From Lama guanicoe (taxonomy: Eukaryota), in contig MU053588.1 of the NCBI GenBank assembly GCA_013239625.1, positions 149,988 to 213,987 of the forward strand: a stretch of 64,000 bases of DNA, given 5' to 3'. This document shows, in pieces, positions 52,036 to 64,000 of the stretch. Below the pieces are notes generated by a model. The model saw only the letters and a list, made by a program, of their open reading frames with translations, did not search any database and was not told the origin of the DNA. Position numbers and translations under genes: made by a program. The stretch's first letter is position 1, and each line of letters opens with the position of its first letter.

Positions 52036-54691
52036 CTCTGCTGCCTCTTTGGGGGTAATCTGTGCCCACATTATGAGCCTCAGGAAAAGTATTGGCTTCC
52101 CATTACTCCGTCTTAAAAATGAAGAAGTCTTCTGCTAGAATCCTAGAGCAGGCGTCTTGTGACTTTGTTGGTTAGCATTGGCTGATAGATCCATTCTTCA
52201 GCTGACAAGGGGATGGATTACTTTTACACCAGTCAGGCCTCCTCTTGACTTTAGTTCCCCAACTCTAGCTGTGTTGCTTCTCAGTGGGAGAGATTTGGAA
52301 TGGAACATCCAGTTAGTGTTTACCAACCCCCGCCCACAACACACACACACACACACACATGCATGGTTCACAGACAAGCAGACAAGGAAACCATGAATTT
52401 TTTTAGAGCTGCAGGAATACCAGTTGTGTTCAACCTGTTGAAATAACATAGGCTGGTCTCCAACGTAGCTCCTTGGTCAGAGATTTTCAAGATATGGGTG
52501 CGTATGTGTGTGTATGTTCATTCTGAAAAAGGATTGTAAGATCAGATCACCACAGGGACTAGGCAGATACCTGAATAAGTGAATAGTCTTTTTCTCTCTA
52601 ACATTTAATTCTGAACAGCTTTGAACCTACATAAAAAAATATAAAGACTCGCCCATTGATAACTCACATACCCACCACCTGGATTCAACAATGAGTATTT
52701 TGCTACGTGTGCTTTACCACCTGTCTGTCCACATGTGCCATCCTCTACCATCAGTTCAAGGGTAATACTCAAATACTGCATTAAATGCACAGTAAAGGGT
52801 AGAGATTTATATTCCTTTGATCTTTCAGACTCTCTGTAGGCTGCTACCACCTGCCTGCTCTCTTTTGCAACTGGCCGCTTTTTATTCTTTGTTTCTTCCC
52901 ATCCTCACACCTTATCTGGAGTACCTAGCCCTCCTCGCTCTCTTTGATTCTTTGCAATCCTGCCTGGCCTTTAAGATCAAGATCATACTTCCCTCTCAGG
53001 AAACCTTCTCTGATCTCTCTATCCCACACTGTCCTCTGCCTCTTGAGAGTCCTCTGACCCAGTGATTCTCAACCATGACTATACTTAGGAGCCCTTAAAA
53101 GTATAATATAAAAGCCCTGCCCCTAGAGAGTCTGATTGTATTGATTTGTGGTGGGACCCAGAAACCCATAATTTAAAACACCACACAGTTAGCTCTAAAA
53201 TATAATCAGGGATGAGGAGTGGGAACCATAGCTCTTATTCATCCTCTCTGTGCTCTTTATGGTTAATTACGTTGAGGCAGGCTGCATTCTGGGATTGCTG
53301 TTATTGTAGGGGTGGGGGCAAGGTGGGAGTGGTGTCTTAAGACCATTCCACAGCCCAGCCAGCGTAGAACAGCTGGTAGGGGACAGGAAATTTAGGGGAA
53401 GGTCCTCCACGTGTGTAAGAGCCATGAGGAGGGCACAGCATGGAATTAGTTTGAGAGGTACAGTGTCATCCCTCAAGGAGTGAAGGTATTCTGAGAAGGG
53501 GATGCAAAATCAAATCACCGAAGAGACCAGTCATGTACCTAAGTGGGTGAAACTGGTAAGGCAGGAGTTGTAGCCGTCTGCCAATAGCATGCCTAGGCTA
53601 ACGGACCCCCAGCATAGGTCACCTCCAGCCAGCCAGCTGTGGCTGTGCAGCAGTGCAGAGCCCAGAGCGGTCAGACTTAGGGGTTTTTCAAAAGGACCTG
53701 TAAGCTGAGCTTTTTATGCGAAATCTCTTAATATATAATTGATATTTTAAAAAATTTTAAAGTGGTGTATGGGTCAAACTAAATCTATCTGTGGACTGCA
53801 GATTGTGCCCTGTTTTAAAAGACAAAATATTTCATGGGATAGAAAAAATCCTAGCTTATTTGGGCTTGGTTTCTACACATCTTCAAGCTAAGACATGTCA
53901 CCAAAACCTTCATGCCAAGGACTGCTTCTATTCCCACCCTCCAGTGTATAGCTTTCTAAGTCACAGAGGGATAACAATAACAAATGCATGTGAAATCATC
54001 TAAAAATACTTGACTGGTTAGTGTTTGCAGGCTCTGTTCTAAGCACTGGGGCAATGGTAGTAAGTAATGCATATGGAGCTTATAGTCTACTGAGGAGTCA
54101 GAAAATAAAAGTGAATAACACATGCAATTTCTAGAGTTAAGGGCGTGCAGCAAAGTGGGAAAGGGGAATAAGAATCCTAATGAGCAGATGGAATTTCACA
54201 CAGAGCGGCCAGGGAGGTCCCCCTCCGCCCGAGCACTTCCTGTGTGGAGCAGTCAGTTGTCTGAGTCCTTACGTTTCTCTACTCATCGGATCCTAAGCAC
54301 AACCTTAGGAGATAAGCACTGTTATTCTCAGATCACAGAAGAAGAAACTGAGGTGCTGGGAGGTTAACTAATTTGCCTAAGGGTAAACTCGTTGGGGATA
54401 GGTAGGTTCCCCACCCCAGAGGCTGAGGTGCTTCATGTAGAACATAAATGCTTAGAGCAAGTAGTCTCTTAAATTCTTCAGACTCAGCAAGATGATTATT
54501 TTTTCCCTTTAATTTTGTGTGTGTGATGCCTTCCTGCCTAGACTTAAAGCTCCCAATGTGAAAGGACTTTTGTTTTGCTTTTATCCCTCATAGCATTGAA
54601 CCTAGGACGTTGACAGTGACAGGTGCCCCAATGATGCTGGCTGGATGGAGATGGGAGAATAATGGTCTTTGAATTCTAGGCACCAAGGTCG

Positions 54692-55243
54692 TGTAGGGTA
54701 GAAGAAAAATTCTCTTTTCCTCTACCCATCTTAGGTTCATTGACTGGGGCCCTGTGAATTAGGCAAAAGACATATTTACAAGAGAAAAACAGTGAGAAGT
54801 TTATTAGCATGTGCATCATGCATATACATGGGAGTACGTGGTGATGGGTAACTTGAAAGAGGTGGTTAGAACTTGAGCTTATTAATCATCTTAACAAAAG
54901 AACAATAACTCCTTAGAGAAGTGACAAGACAAAGGAAAAGGGCTTTGCACTTCTAGGATAGAAAATTGTGGGAATTAATGGAAGATAAGTGCTAGTTATT
55001 AAAGATTTACTGTGTAGATTTCTCTGGCGCACATCTCTGGCTGATAAGGGTCTAGAGTTGTCCCTGGGGATTAATTTCTGTCCTCCTGGTAGAGAGGAGG
55101 GGAGACACTTTTACAAATTTACGTTCTGCTTTTAGGCAAATGGAGGGCAGAGAGCTTTTCTTGTGTCTGCTTATTAATTCAGTGCAAAGTAATCTGTATG
55201 CCAAAGTGGCATATTTTGTAGTGGTATATTCTGTCATCCTTCA
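54692..55243 (-). mobile_element. MER34-like ERV1 solo LTR
   Basis: TG...CA termini; minus strand starts tgaaggatgacagaatataccactacaaaatatgccactttggcatac. Confidence 0.75.
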
Positions 55244-55363
55244 TTCACCATTCATAGTAAGGTCTAGAATCTTCTCTACCTCCTCAGGGAAGCCTTTTGA
55301 TCCCTTACCCTGAGGTGTGGGCAAGGCGGACTCCTGTATGAGCAGGGGTGTGTTTTGTGTTAA

Positions 55364-55510
<147 letters not shown>

Positions 55511-55968
55511 TAACACTTAAAATCTGCTCCACAGAGGATTTTCTGTACGCCAGGAAGAAAGGCTACTCACACAGCAGCTTTGCCTTAGGGTTGGACTTAA
55601 AAACAATAATTTACCTTTTTCCTCAGACTAGATCTGTATTCAGTAGAGTTGAAAGCAGGTAGATTTATTCGTATTGTATATGTCACCCTGCATTTCCAGG
55701 TCTCCTTCCCAAGGCTGGGGCTTTTTTTTTTTTTTTTAAACTTCATCTTGCCCCAAACTCAGGAGATTTTCATTTATCAAGTGTTAATATGCTGTTTTTC
55801 TGAATGGACTCACCTTTGCTCACTCAACCCTCCTACTGCAGAGAGTTCACTATTCATAGGTCCTTTGTACCACCTTCTGGGTTTCCCTCCCCATTTTGGC
55901 TCTGAGTTCCAGGGTGGTCCCTTGAGCCCACAACCAAGAGTCTCCTTGTTTTCTTTCCTTCTGAGCAG

Positions 55969-56064
55969 AAATCCCATTTTCCAAACCAAAACTCATTTCT
56001 CAGCTGGAGCGAGGGGAAGAGCCCTGGAAAGAGGAGAGACAAAGTCTGCTGAGACTCTGCCCAG
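55969..56064 (+). CDS. ZNF875: ZNF875 KRAB-B exon (EIPFSKPKLISQLERGEEPWKEERQSLLRLCP)
   Basis: 96 bp, gagcag|AA ... CCAG|gtgagt. Confidence 0.92.
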
Positions 56065-56349
56065 GTGAGTGTGACACAGGGGAGTTGGACCATCCACAGC
56101 GTGGCAGGTAGGGAAGAAGGAGACATCTCTCAGGTACTGGGGGGAGCTCTTTCTAAGACCCTGAGGCCCCGTAAGGCTGCCTGGTGTGACTTCCTTTCCA
56201 GAACAACATCTTGAGTTGATGGAGGGACCTTCCTGGTTGCCTTGTCTCTTTCCTCCACCAGGAAGCTTCCCTGCCTCTCATTTGGTGGTGTTTTTTTGCA
56301 GGGGATACCAATTCAGTCTGCTGCCATTCTCAGAAATGGGCTTCATTCT

Positions 56350-59300
56350 GTTTATTTTTGATTTGATATTTGGAAATTACTTCGAAATTACAGAAAGTTT
56401 ACAAGAACAAAAATAGTGCAAAGAATACCTTTTATATCGTCTACACTCATGTATATATATAAATACATATGGTATATATATTATATATATAAAATGGCAT
56501 GACAAAATCACTATTAATATTTTACCCAGTTTGCTTTGTCATGGGCGTGTGCACTCTCCCTTTTCCCCCCACCATGTGTATGAGTATATATTTATGTACA
56601 TATGTGTGTGTCTATGTGTAGGCTCATATGTTGATGTTTGTTAAAAGATTTTCCAAGACTGGTAATATTCTAATGTAACAACAGTACAGTTATCAACTTG
56701 AGTAAATCTGAAACAAGTAAACTTTGATACAATAATTTTATCTAATATCTATGATCTACCTCTCATATTACAATTGTCACTAGACACAGTATATCCTTTT
56801 TCCTCTCCAGAACATGATCCAGTAGTGCATTTACATGTCAACCCTCTTTAGTCTCTCTTAACATAGACCATTTCCATAACCTCTCTGTCTATGATGGCAC
56901 TGATGGTTTAGAAGTATACAGTTTCATGGCTCCTGCTTTTTTAACAATTTCATTGAGGTATAACTTATATACCATAACCTACTTAAAAGTGTATAGTCTA
57001 ACTGTTTTTAGTAAACTTTTAGGGTTGTGTGATCATCACTTCCATCCAACTTTAGAACATTCCATCACTCCAAAAAGTTACCTTGGATGTATTTGCATCT
57101 ATCTCCCACTTGAGCTCCAGGAAACCATTGATAGGTATCTCTATAGATTTGCTTTTTTCTGGACATTTTATATAAATAGTATCAAAAAATATCATAACTG
57201 GCTTCTTTCAGCATAGTGTTTTTGAGGTTCATCCATGTTGCAGCATGTGTCAGTAATTCATCCCTTTTTGTTGCCATGTAATATTCCATTATATGCTATA
57301 CTATATTTTGTCTACCTATTCACAGGTTGATGGACATTTGGATTGTGTCCATTTTTTTGTTATTGTGAATAGTGCTGCTAGGAACAGTCATGTACCAGTC
57401 TCGATGTGGACATTTGATTTCACTTCTCTTGGATAGGTAACTAGGAGCAGAATTTTTGGACTGTATGGTGTGTTTATGTTTAGCTTTTTAAGAAACTGCA
57501 AAATTATTTTCCAAAGTGGCTGTACATTTTTATTAGCATTTATATTTTACATTTCTGTCATATTTTTATTTTCTATTTTTCATTTTTCTAGTAGCAGTGT
57601 ATTAGGATCTCAGTTTCTCTACATCCTTGTCAGCACTTGGAATTGTCTCCGATTTTGATTATGTACATTCTAGTGAGTGTGTAGTGGTCTTTCACTGTGG
57701 TTTTAATTTGCATTTCCCTAATGCCTGGTGATGTTGATCTTTTCATGTGCTCGTTAACCACTGGCATGCCTTCTTTGGTGAAACTGCTACTCAGTTCTTT
57801 TGCCCATTTTTAAGTTGGGTGGTTTGTCTTCTTTTTGAGTTGTAAGGGTTTTTCACATATTCTAGATACAAGTCTTATATCAGATATAGGATTTTCAGTT
57901 ATTTTCAACTAAAATGAAGTTTCAGAGAAAAGACAAGTCCATGGCTTGTCTTTTCAGTCTCATAATGGTGTCTTTTCAAGCATAAAAGTTTTAAATTTTG
58001 ATGCTGTCCAGTTTAACAATTTTGTTTTTAATGAATCGTGCTTTTGGTGGTATAACTAAGAAGTTTGCTTAACCCAAAGCCACAAAAATTTTCTTCTTTG
58101 GTTTCTTCTAGACATTTTATACTTTCAGTTTTTACACTTAGGGCTGTGATCCATTTTGAGTTAATTTTTATGTATCAAGTGAAAGTCTAAATTCTAAATT
58201 TTCTTGCATATGAATATTCAGTTGTCTTGGCAGTATTTGTTAAAAAGAGTATGCTTTCCCTCTTTCAACTGTCTTGGCACCTTTGTCAAAAATCAATTGA
58301 CTGTAAATCTAAGGGTTCATTTCTGTACTCCTAATTTTGTTCCAGTGATCTCTATGCCTCTTATGACAGTAGCACACTATCTTCATTATTGGGGCCTTAC
58401 ATTAAGTTTTAAAGTTGAGTAGTGTAAATCCTCTAACTTTTTCAAAATCATTTTGGCTCTTCTCTGTCTCTTGAATTGCCACACAAATTTTAGAGTCACA
58501 TTTCAGTTTCTACAAAACAAAACAAAACAAAACAGTCCGGCTCTGGTTGTGTTAGGGATTGCATTGAATCTATAGATCAATTTAGGGAAAAATCACAATT
58601 TTAATGATATTGAGTCTTCTAATCTATGATTATCTATTTAGGACTAATTTCTCTCAGCAGTGTTTGCAAATGTTCAGTTTGCATGTCTTATGATAACTTT
58701 TGTCAAATTTATTCCTCAATATTTTATTATTACCTATGTTACTGTGGATGGTGTTGTTTTCTTAATTTCATTTGTGGAATGTTCATTCCTAGTATGCAGA
58801 AATACAATTGATTTTTGTATTTTGAGCTCTTATCATATTACCTTACTAAATACAATGCTCATTTATTGTCCCTTTTTTGATGATTCCTTGGAATTTTGTA
58901 CATACGGGGTCATATAATCTGTAAACGGAAGAGAGGCTTACATCTTCCAATTTAGATGTCTCTAACTTCTTTCTTCTCCTCTTCCTTGTTTTGCTGCTCC
59001 CCTCCTCCTCCTCATCCTCCTTTAGCTTTTTGGCTAGAACCTCCAGTGCAGTGTAGAGTGGAGTTGTTGATAACAGACACCTTTGTCTTGTTTCTGAACT
59101 TAGGGGAAAACATTCAGCCTTTTACCATTAAGTATGATGTTAGCTGTGATCTTAGCTGTAGGTTTTATGTAGATGACCTTTATCAGGTTGAGGAAATTCA
59201 GTTCAATTCCTAGTTTGTTGAATGTTTTTATTATTTATGGGTATTGGATTTTCTCCATCGATTGAGATGGACATGTAGTATTTGTCTTTATTTTGTTAAT

Positions 59301-60930
59301 ATGATCTATTTCATTAATTGATTTTCAGATGTTAAATGAACTTTGCAATCCTAGAATAAACTCCACCTTACTGTAGTGTATAATTCTTTTTGGCTTACTG
59401 CTGGATTTAGTTTTCTAATATTTTTTAGGGATTTTGCCACTCATGTTTACAAGGGGTATTGATCTGTATTTTACTTTTTTTTTTTCACTTTCTTTTTGAT
59501 ATCTTTGTCTGGCTTTGGTATCTGGATAATGACTACGTAGAATGAGTTGGGAGATTTTCTCTCCTTCTCTATTTCTGAAAGAGTTTGTGAAGGATTTGTA
59601 TCATTTCTTCTTTAAATATTGGTGAAGACACTTGGACAGGGGCTTGTCTTTTTGGGAAGACTTTTAATTAACTAATTCAGTCTTGTCACTTATTACAGGT
59701 CTATTCAGATAGTCTAGCTTTTATTGAGTTAGTCTTGGTAGCTTGTGTCTTTTTAGACTTTTTCTGTTTTGCCTTTGTTGTCTAGTTGTTGGCATAAAGT
59801 TTTTATAATACTCCCTTTTAATTTCTGTGAGGTCAGTAATGATGTTCTGTTTAATTTCTGATTTGATAATTTCTGTCTTTATTTTTTCTTCTAGCTAAAG
59901 ATTACTCAATTTTATAGAGCTTTTCAAAAAACAACTTTTAATTTCATTGGTTTTTCTCTATTCATTTATGATTTTCTATTTGATTAATTTCTTGTAAATG
60001 TGTATTATTTCTTTCCTTCTGCTTGTTTAATGCTTAATTTGCTCTTTTTCTAATTTCTTAAGATAGAATCTTGGATGATTGATTTGAAACCATTCTTCTC
60101 AAATACAAGCATTTAAAGCTATAAATATCTTTCTAATCACTTCTTTAGCTGCAGCCCATAAACTTTATTATGCTGGGTTTAGTTTTCATTCAGTTCAAAA
60201 TATATTTCAATTTTTCTTCTGATTTCTTCTCTGACCCATGAGTTACTTAGAGGTGTCTTGTTTAATTTCCACATATTTGTGGTTTTTCCGTCTTTCGTTC
60301 CTTTTCTGGTTTCTAATTTAATTCCTTTGTGGTAGGGAAAACATATTTTGTATAATTTTAACCTTTTTAAGTTTACTGAGACTTGGTTTTTTGCCTAACG
60401 TATGATGTGTCCTGGAGAACGTTCTGTGTGTACTTGAAAAGAATATGCATTTGGCAATTGTTGGATGAAGTGTTCCATACATGTCAGTTTGGTCAAGTTG
60501 GTTGAAACCCTATGGATTTCTGGGGCTCTTTGTTTTTCTTCAGTCATTCTTTCACTCTGTTCTACTGTTTTAGGTAATTTCTAATGACTTCTCTTCAAGT
60601 TCACTGGTTCTGTTACAAAGTCAAACATGCTATTGTATCTGCCTAGTAACTTTGTAATTTTAGTTATTTTACTTCTTAATTCAGAATTTCCTTTTGTTTC
60701 TTATTAATGGTTTCTATTCTTTATTGAGATTCTCCATTTTAAGTTGTTATCATACTTGCTTTTAATTTTTCACACAGTGTTTTCTTTTTGTTTGTTTTTA
60801 CTTTCTCACACATTGTTTTCTTTAGTTCTTTGAATATAGTCATAGTATCAGTTTTGAAATCTCTTTTGTCCCTAAGTGTGGGTCACTCTTTCCTGTTTCT
60901 TTGAAAACTGGATATTTTAAATGTTATATC
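56350..60930 (-). mobile_element. Old antisense L1 (L1MB-like ~56935-60510, with flanking L1M fragments) filling the last ZNF875 intron
   Basis: Continuous antisense L1 3'UTR/ORF2 motifs 'ttttccaaagtggctgtac', 'ttggcacctttgtcaaaaatcaattgac', 'ttagggattgcattgaatctatagatcaatttaggg'. Confidence 0.8.
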
Positions 60931-61158
60931 GTAGCCATACAAAAAGCAGGTTGCAGGCTGGATTTGGCCCACTGATCAAGTTTGCAGATTTTTGCGATAA
61001 AAAATGTAATGTATAAAGTGAAATGAAAAGTAGATCTTGGGAAGGGTGGCTGAGTGCGAGGCAGTAATGCAAACATATTATGAATGACCAGTGGGCAAAG
61101 CAAAATTACCTAGCAGCCCTATCCGTGACTGCTCTGACTAAAAACATTCTTTATTCAG

Positions 61159-62816
61159 CAGGATCAAAGCTGGAAACTCAGCCTTGTTCCCCCTGTCCTC
61201 CAGCATTCTCTAGTCAGCAAGCCCTCAGCCAACATGTGTGGCTCAGTCATCTCCCTCAGCTGCTCTCAAGTTTATGTGCAGGAAATCATCTCCGTACAGG
61301 GAAACCCTATTCAGAAGATCAGGAACAGCAGCAGGAGCAGCTGTCTGGTCAAACCTGCTTGAGCAACAAAGCAGACATTCAAGAGAGAGAAGAAGATTCC
61401 AAGCCCGTGTGTGGGAGAGAAAGCAGAAGCTGGACTTCGGAGGTGTTCTCCAGCCTCCCGGAAGAACAACCAGTAAGGGCCAAGGAAGACCACTTAGTGG
61501 TGGATGTAGGGCCCAGCCCAGAGGAAATACTGTGTGGTTTAGAAGTCTCAGGATTTGGAGCAATCAGATATGGAGAGCTTGGGCTAGGCTTTATCAAGGA
61601 GTCAAACCAGCTCAGCCTCCAGAAGACACACACGGGGGAGACACCTTACATGTACACGGAGTGGAGACAAGGCTTTAGCAGTATGTCAGTCCTCATCAGA
61701 AACCAGAGGACACACTCTGCGGAAAAGCCTTATGTGTGCAGGGAATGTGGGCGAGGCTTTACCTGGAAATCAAACCTTGTCACCCACCAGAGGACACACT
61801 CAGGGGAGAAACCTTACGTGTGCAAGGAATGTGGACAAGGCTTTACCTGGAAGTCAAACCTCTTCACACATCAGCGGACACACTCAGGGGTCAGGCCTTA
61901 CATGTGCAAGGAATGTGGGCAGAGCTTTAGCCTGAAGTCGAACCTCATCACACACCAGAGGGCACACTCTGGGGAGAAGCCTTATGTTTGCAGGGAATGT
62001 GGGCGAGCCTTTCGCCAGCATTCACACCTCATCAGACATAAGAGGATGCATTCAGGAGAGAAGCCTTATGTTTGCAGGGAATGTGAGCAAGGCTTTAGCC
62101 AGAAGTCACACCTCAGTAGACACTTAAGGACACACACAGGAGAGAAGCCTTATGTGTGCACAGAATGTGGGCGTCACTTTAGCTGGAAATCAAACCTCAA
62201 GACACACCAGCGAACACACTCAGGGCTTAAACCTTACGTGTGCCTGGAGTGTGGGCAGTGCTTTAGCCTGAAGTCAAACCTCAACAAACACCAGAGGTCA
62301 CACACTGGGGAGAAGCCATTTTTATGCAGGGAGTGTGGGAGAGCCTTCACCCGGAAATCAACCCTCATCACACACCAGAGGACGCACTCCGGGGAGAAGC
62401 CATTTGTATGCAGGGAGTGTGGCCGAGGCTTTAACGATAAGTCAACCCTCATCTCACACCAGAGGACACACTCAGGGGAAAAGCCTTTCATGTGCAGGGA
62501 GTGTGGCAGAAGGTTTAGCCAGAAGCCAAACCTCTTTCGGCACAAGAGGGCACACTCAGGTGATACACCCTTTGTGTGCAGGGAGTGTGGGCAAGGCTTT
62601 TGTGATAAGTTAACTCTCATTACACACCAGAGGGCACACTCAGGGGGGAAGCCCCATGTGTGCAGGGAGTGTGGGCAGGGCTTTAGCCGACAGTCACACC
62701 TAATTAGACACCAGAGGATACATTCAGGAGAGAAGCCTTATGTTTGTAGGAAGTGTGGGCAAGGATTTAGTCGGAAATCAAACCTTATCAGGCATCAGAG
62801 AACACACTCAGGATAG
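61159..62816 (+). CDS. ZNF875: ZNF875/HKR1 last coding exon: isolated early finger, spacer, degenerate fingers, 13 tandem C2H2 fingers
   Basis: Acceptor ttattcag|cag|GA (start 61159 or 61162) is in phase with KRAB-B. 'FSSQQALSQHVWLSH', 'ETPYMYTEW', 'FTWKSNL' and the '...IRHQRTHSG*' end match HKR1 as I recall it. Confidence 0.92.
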
Positions 62817-64000
62817 AAACCTTGAGTGTGCAAGGAGTGTAGTGAAACCTTTAGCCAATAATCACCCTTCATGAGACACCAGAGGTCACACCCAAGGCTG
62901 TGGCTTTAGTAAGAAATCCGCCATTGCCGGACACTAAAGCAGGGACATCTTATGTGTGATGGGAGTGCTCATGAGACTGTTAACTGTAAGGGTCAACGTC
63001 TCTAGCCCACCTGAAGAATTGCTGGCCCGTTTTCAGGAGCTCTGGCTTTCCCTAGTGGGGATGGAGGTTGTGGACAGCTCTCAGGTAACTTGATGGGGGA
63101 GAGTACTTCTTAAGTAAGTTGAAATGAGAGAATGGACACTATTCTAATGTTGTTTCCCAAGTATTCTTGAGCTCTCCTTCCACAGTAACCTGGATGTTAA
63201 GGAAACAACAGTTCTAGAGCTCATATTTAATGTCTGCCTGGCCTTCTGCGAACAAGAGGCTTGACAGAAACCATGGCTGATTTAATCTTAGTTCCCCAGA
63301 GCATAACCCAGCAGAGTCAGCTTTAGGGAGAGCTTGGGAAATGGTGAACTCATGGGGACAGAGAGAGTGCGTGGGTAGAAGGTTTTATTAGACAGAGGGC
63401 TGACAGGTAAGAAAGACTAACTATTGTAGCTCTAGGTTTGGGAAGAGGTGTCCATTTTTGGAAATACCGTACGTTTGCTCGCTTCCTGGGGCACTCTCTG
63501 GTTTCCAGGTTGAATCCATACTGAAGCTATTTTTATTAACTAGTGCATTTAGCCTAGAAATGTGTTATTTAGTGTTACGAAGAAAACGTGCACGTATATA
63601 CAGAAACACAAAATGAAATTACTTTCTATTCTTTGAATCACCATACAACATCCCATTAGTAATTATTTGGTTTAAATCTTTCCACCTGTTGTAAAATATA
63701 CTACTTTTTTGGTTGAGAATACTCTCTTTTTGAAAATGACCATGTCCCACAAATTCACTTAGGATTTTGTCCCAAGGCCCAGGTTTTTTTCATGAAACTT
63801 GACTAATGATTGTGAATTTTATTTGGAAAATAAAAATTTCCAAGAATGGGCAGGAAGTATAGGAATTGTATAATAACATACATCTTTTTATCTGTGTATA
63901 GGTGTTTAGAATAGATATTTAAAACCATAAGAAAACAAAATATATGAGTATTTAGAAAGTGGTGAAGCAGGATTTCAAGTACAAGATTCAGTGCTTGGAT

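Noticed and set aside
61080..61158. N-terminal part of the 578-aa ORF (also the TTG/GTG starts at 2448, 30018 and 31940)
   Set aside because: Intronic read-through or arbitrary starts; the true exons begin at splice acceptors.
61720..62816. 84-bp periodic repeats that could look like a CRISPR or minisatellite array
   Set aside because: They are 28-codon zinc-finger units. They are too diverged at DNA level to be a PRDM9-type homogenised minisatellite, and no PR/SET exons are seen, so this is not PRDM9.
63829..63834. AATAAA as the ZNF875 polyA signal
   Set aside because: Lies in AT-rich, L1-like sequence; cannot be assigned without 3'-end data.

Overview
Mammalian (non-primate) genomic DNA, most likely camelid: it has several tRNA-derived Vic-1-type SINEs and young L1 3' ends of one lineage. 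The window is part of a tandem KRAB-C2H2 zinc-finger cluster, all on the + strand. (1) The 3' part of ZNF383: KRAB-A 2457-2583, KRAB-B 2894-2989 and an 11-finger exon 7068-8263. (2) An apparently complete KRAB-ZNF gene I cannot name, about 18.0-32.7 kb. It has its own CpG-island promoter, 2-3 pre-KRAB exons, KRAB-A/B exons and an exon with 3 degenerate + 5 intact fingers, and all splice phases are compatible. (3) The whole ZNF875/HKR1 coding sequence: start exon 46553-46585, KRAB-A 55367-55493, KRAB-B 55969-56064 and a PRDM9-like last exon with 13 tandem fingers ending at 62816. There is a third, orphan CpG island at about 39.1-39.7 kb. The rest is mostly L1, L2/MIR, MaLR/ERV LTRs, hAT DNA transposons and SINEs. 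Several insertions are mechanistically informative: a bipartite 5'UTR+3'UTR mini-L1 with TSD, a tailless L1 endonuclease fragment inside a SINE with a perfect 17-bp TSD, a tailless 7SK retrocopy, and a twin-primed inverted L1. Gene names and repeat family names come from recognition and memory, not from database searches. There are no prokaryote-type systems (no CRISPR etc.).
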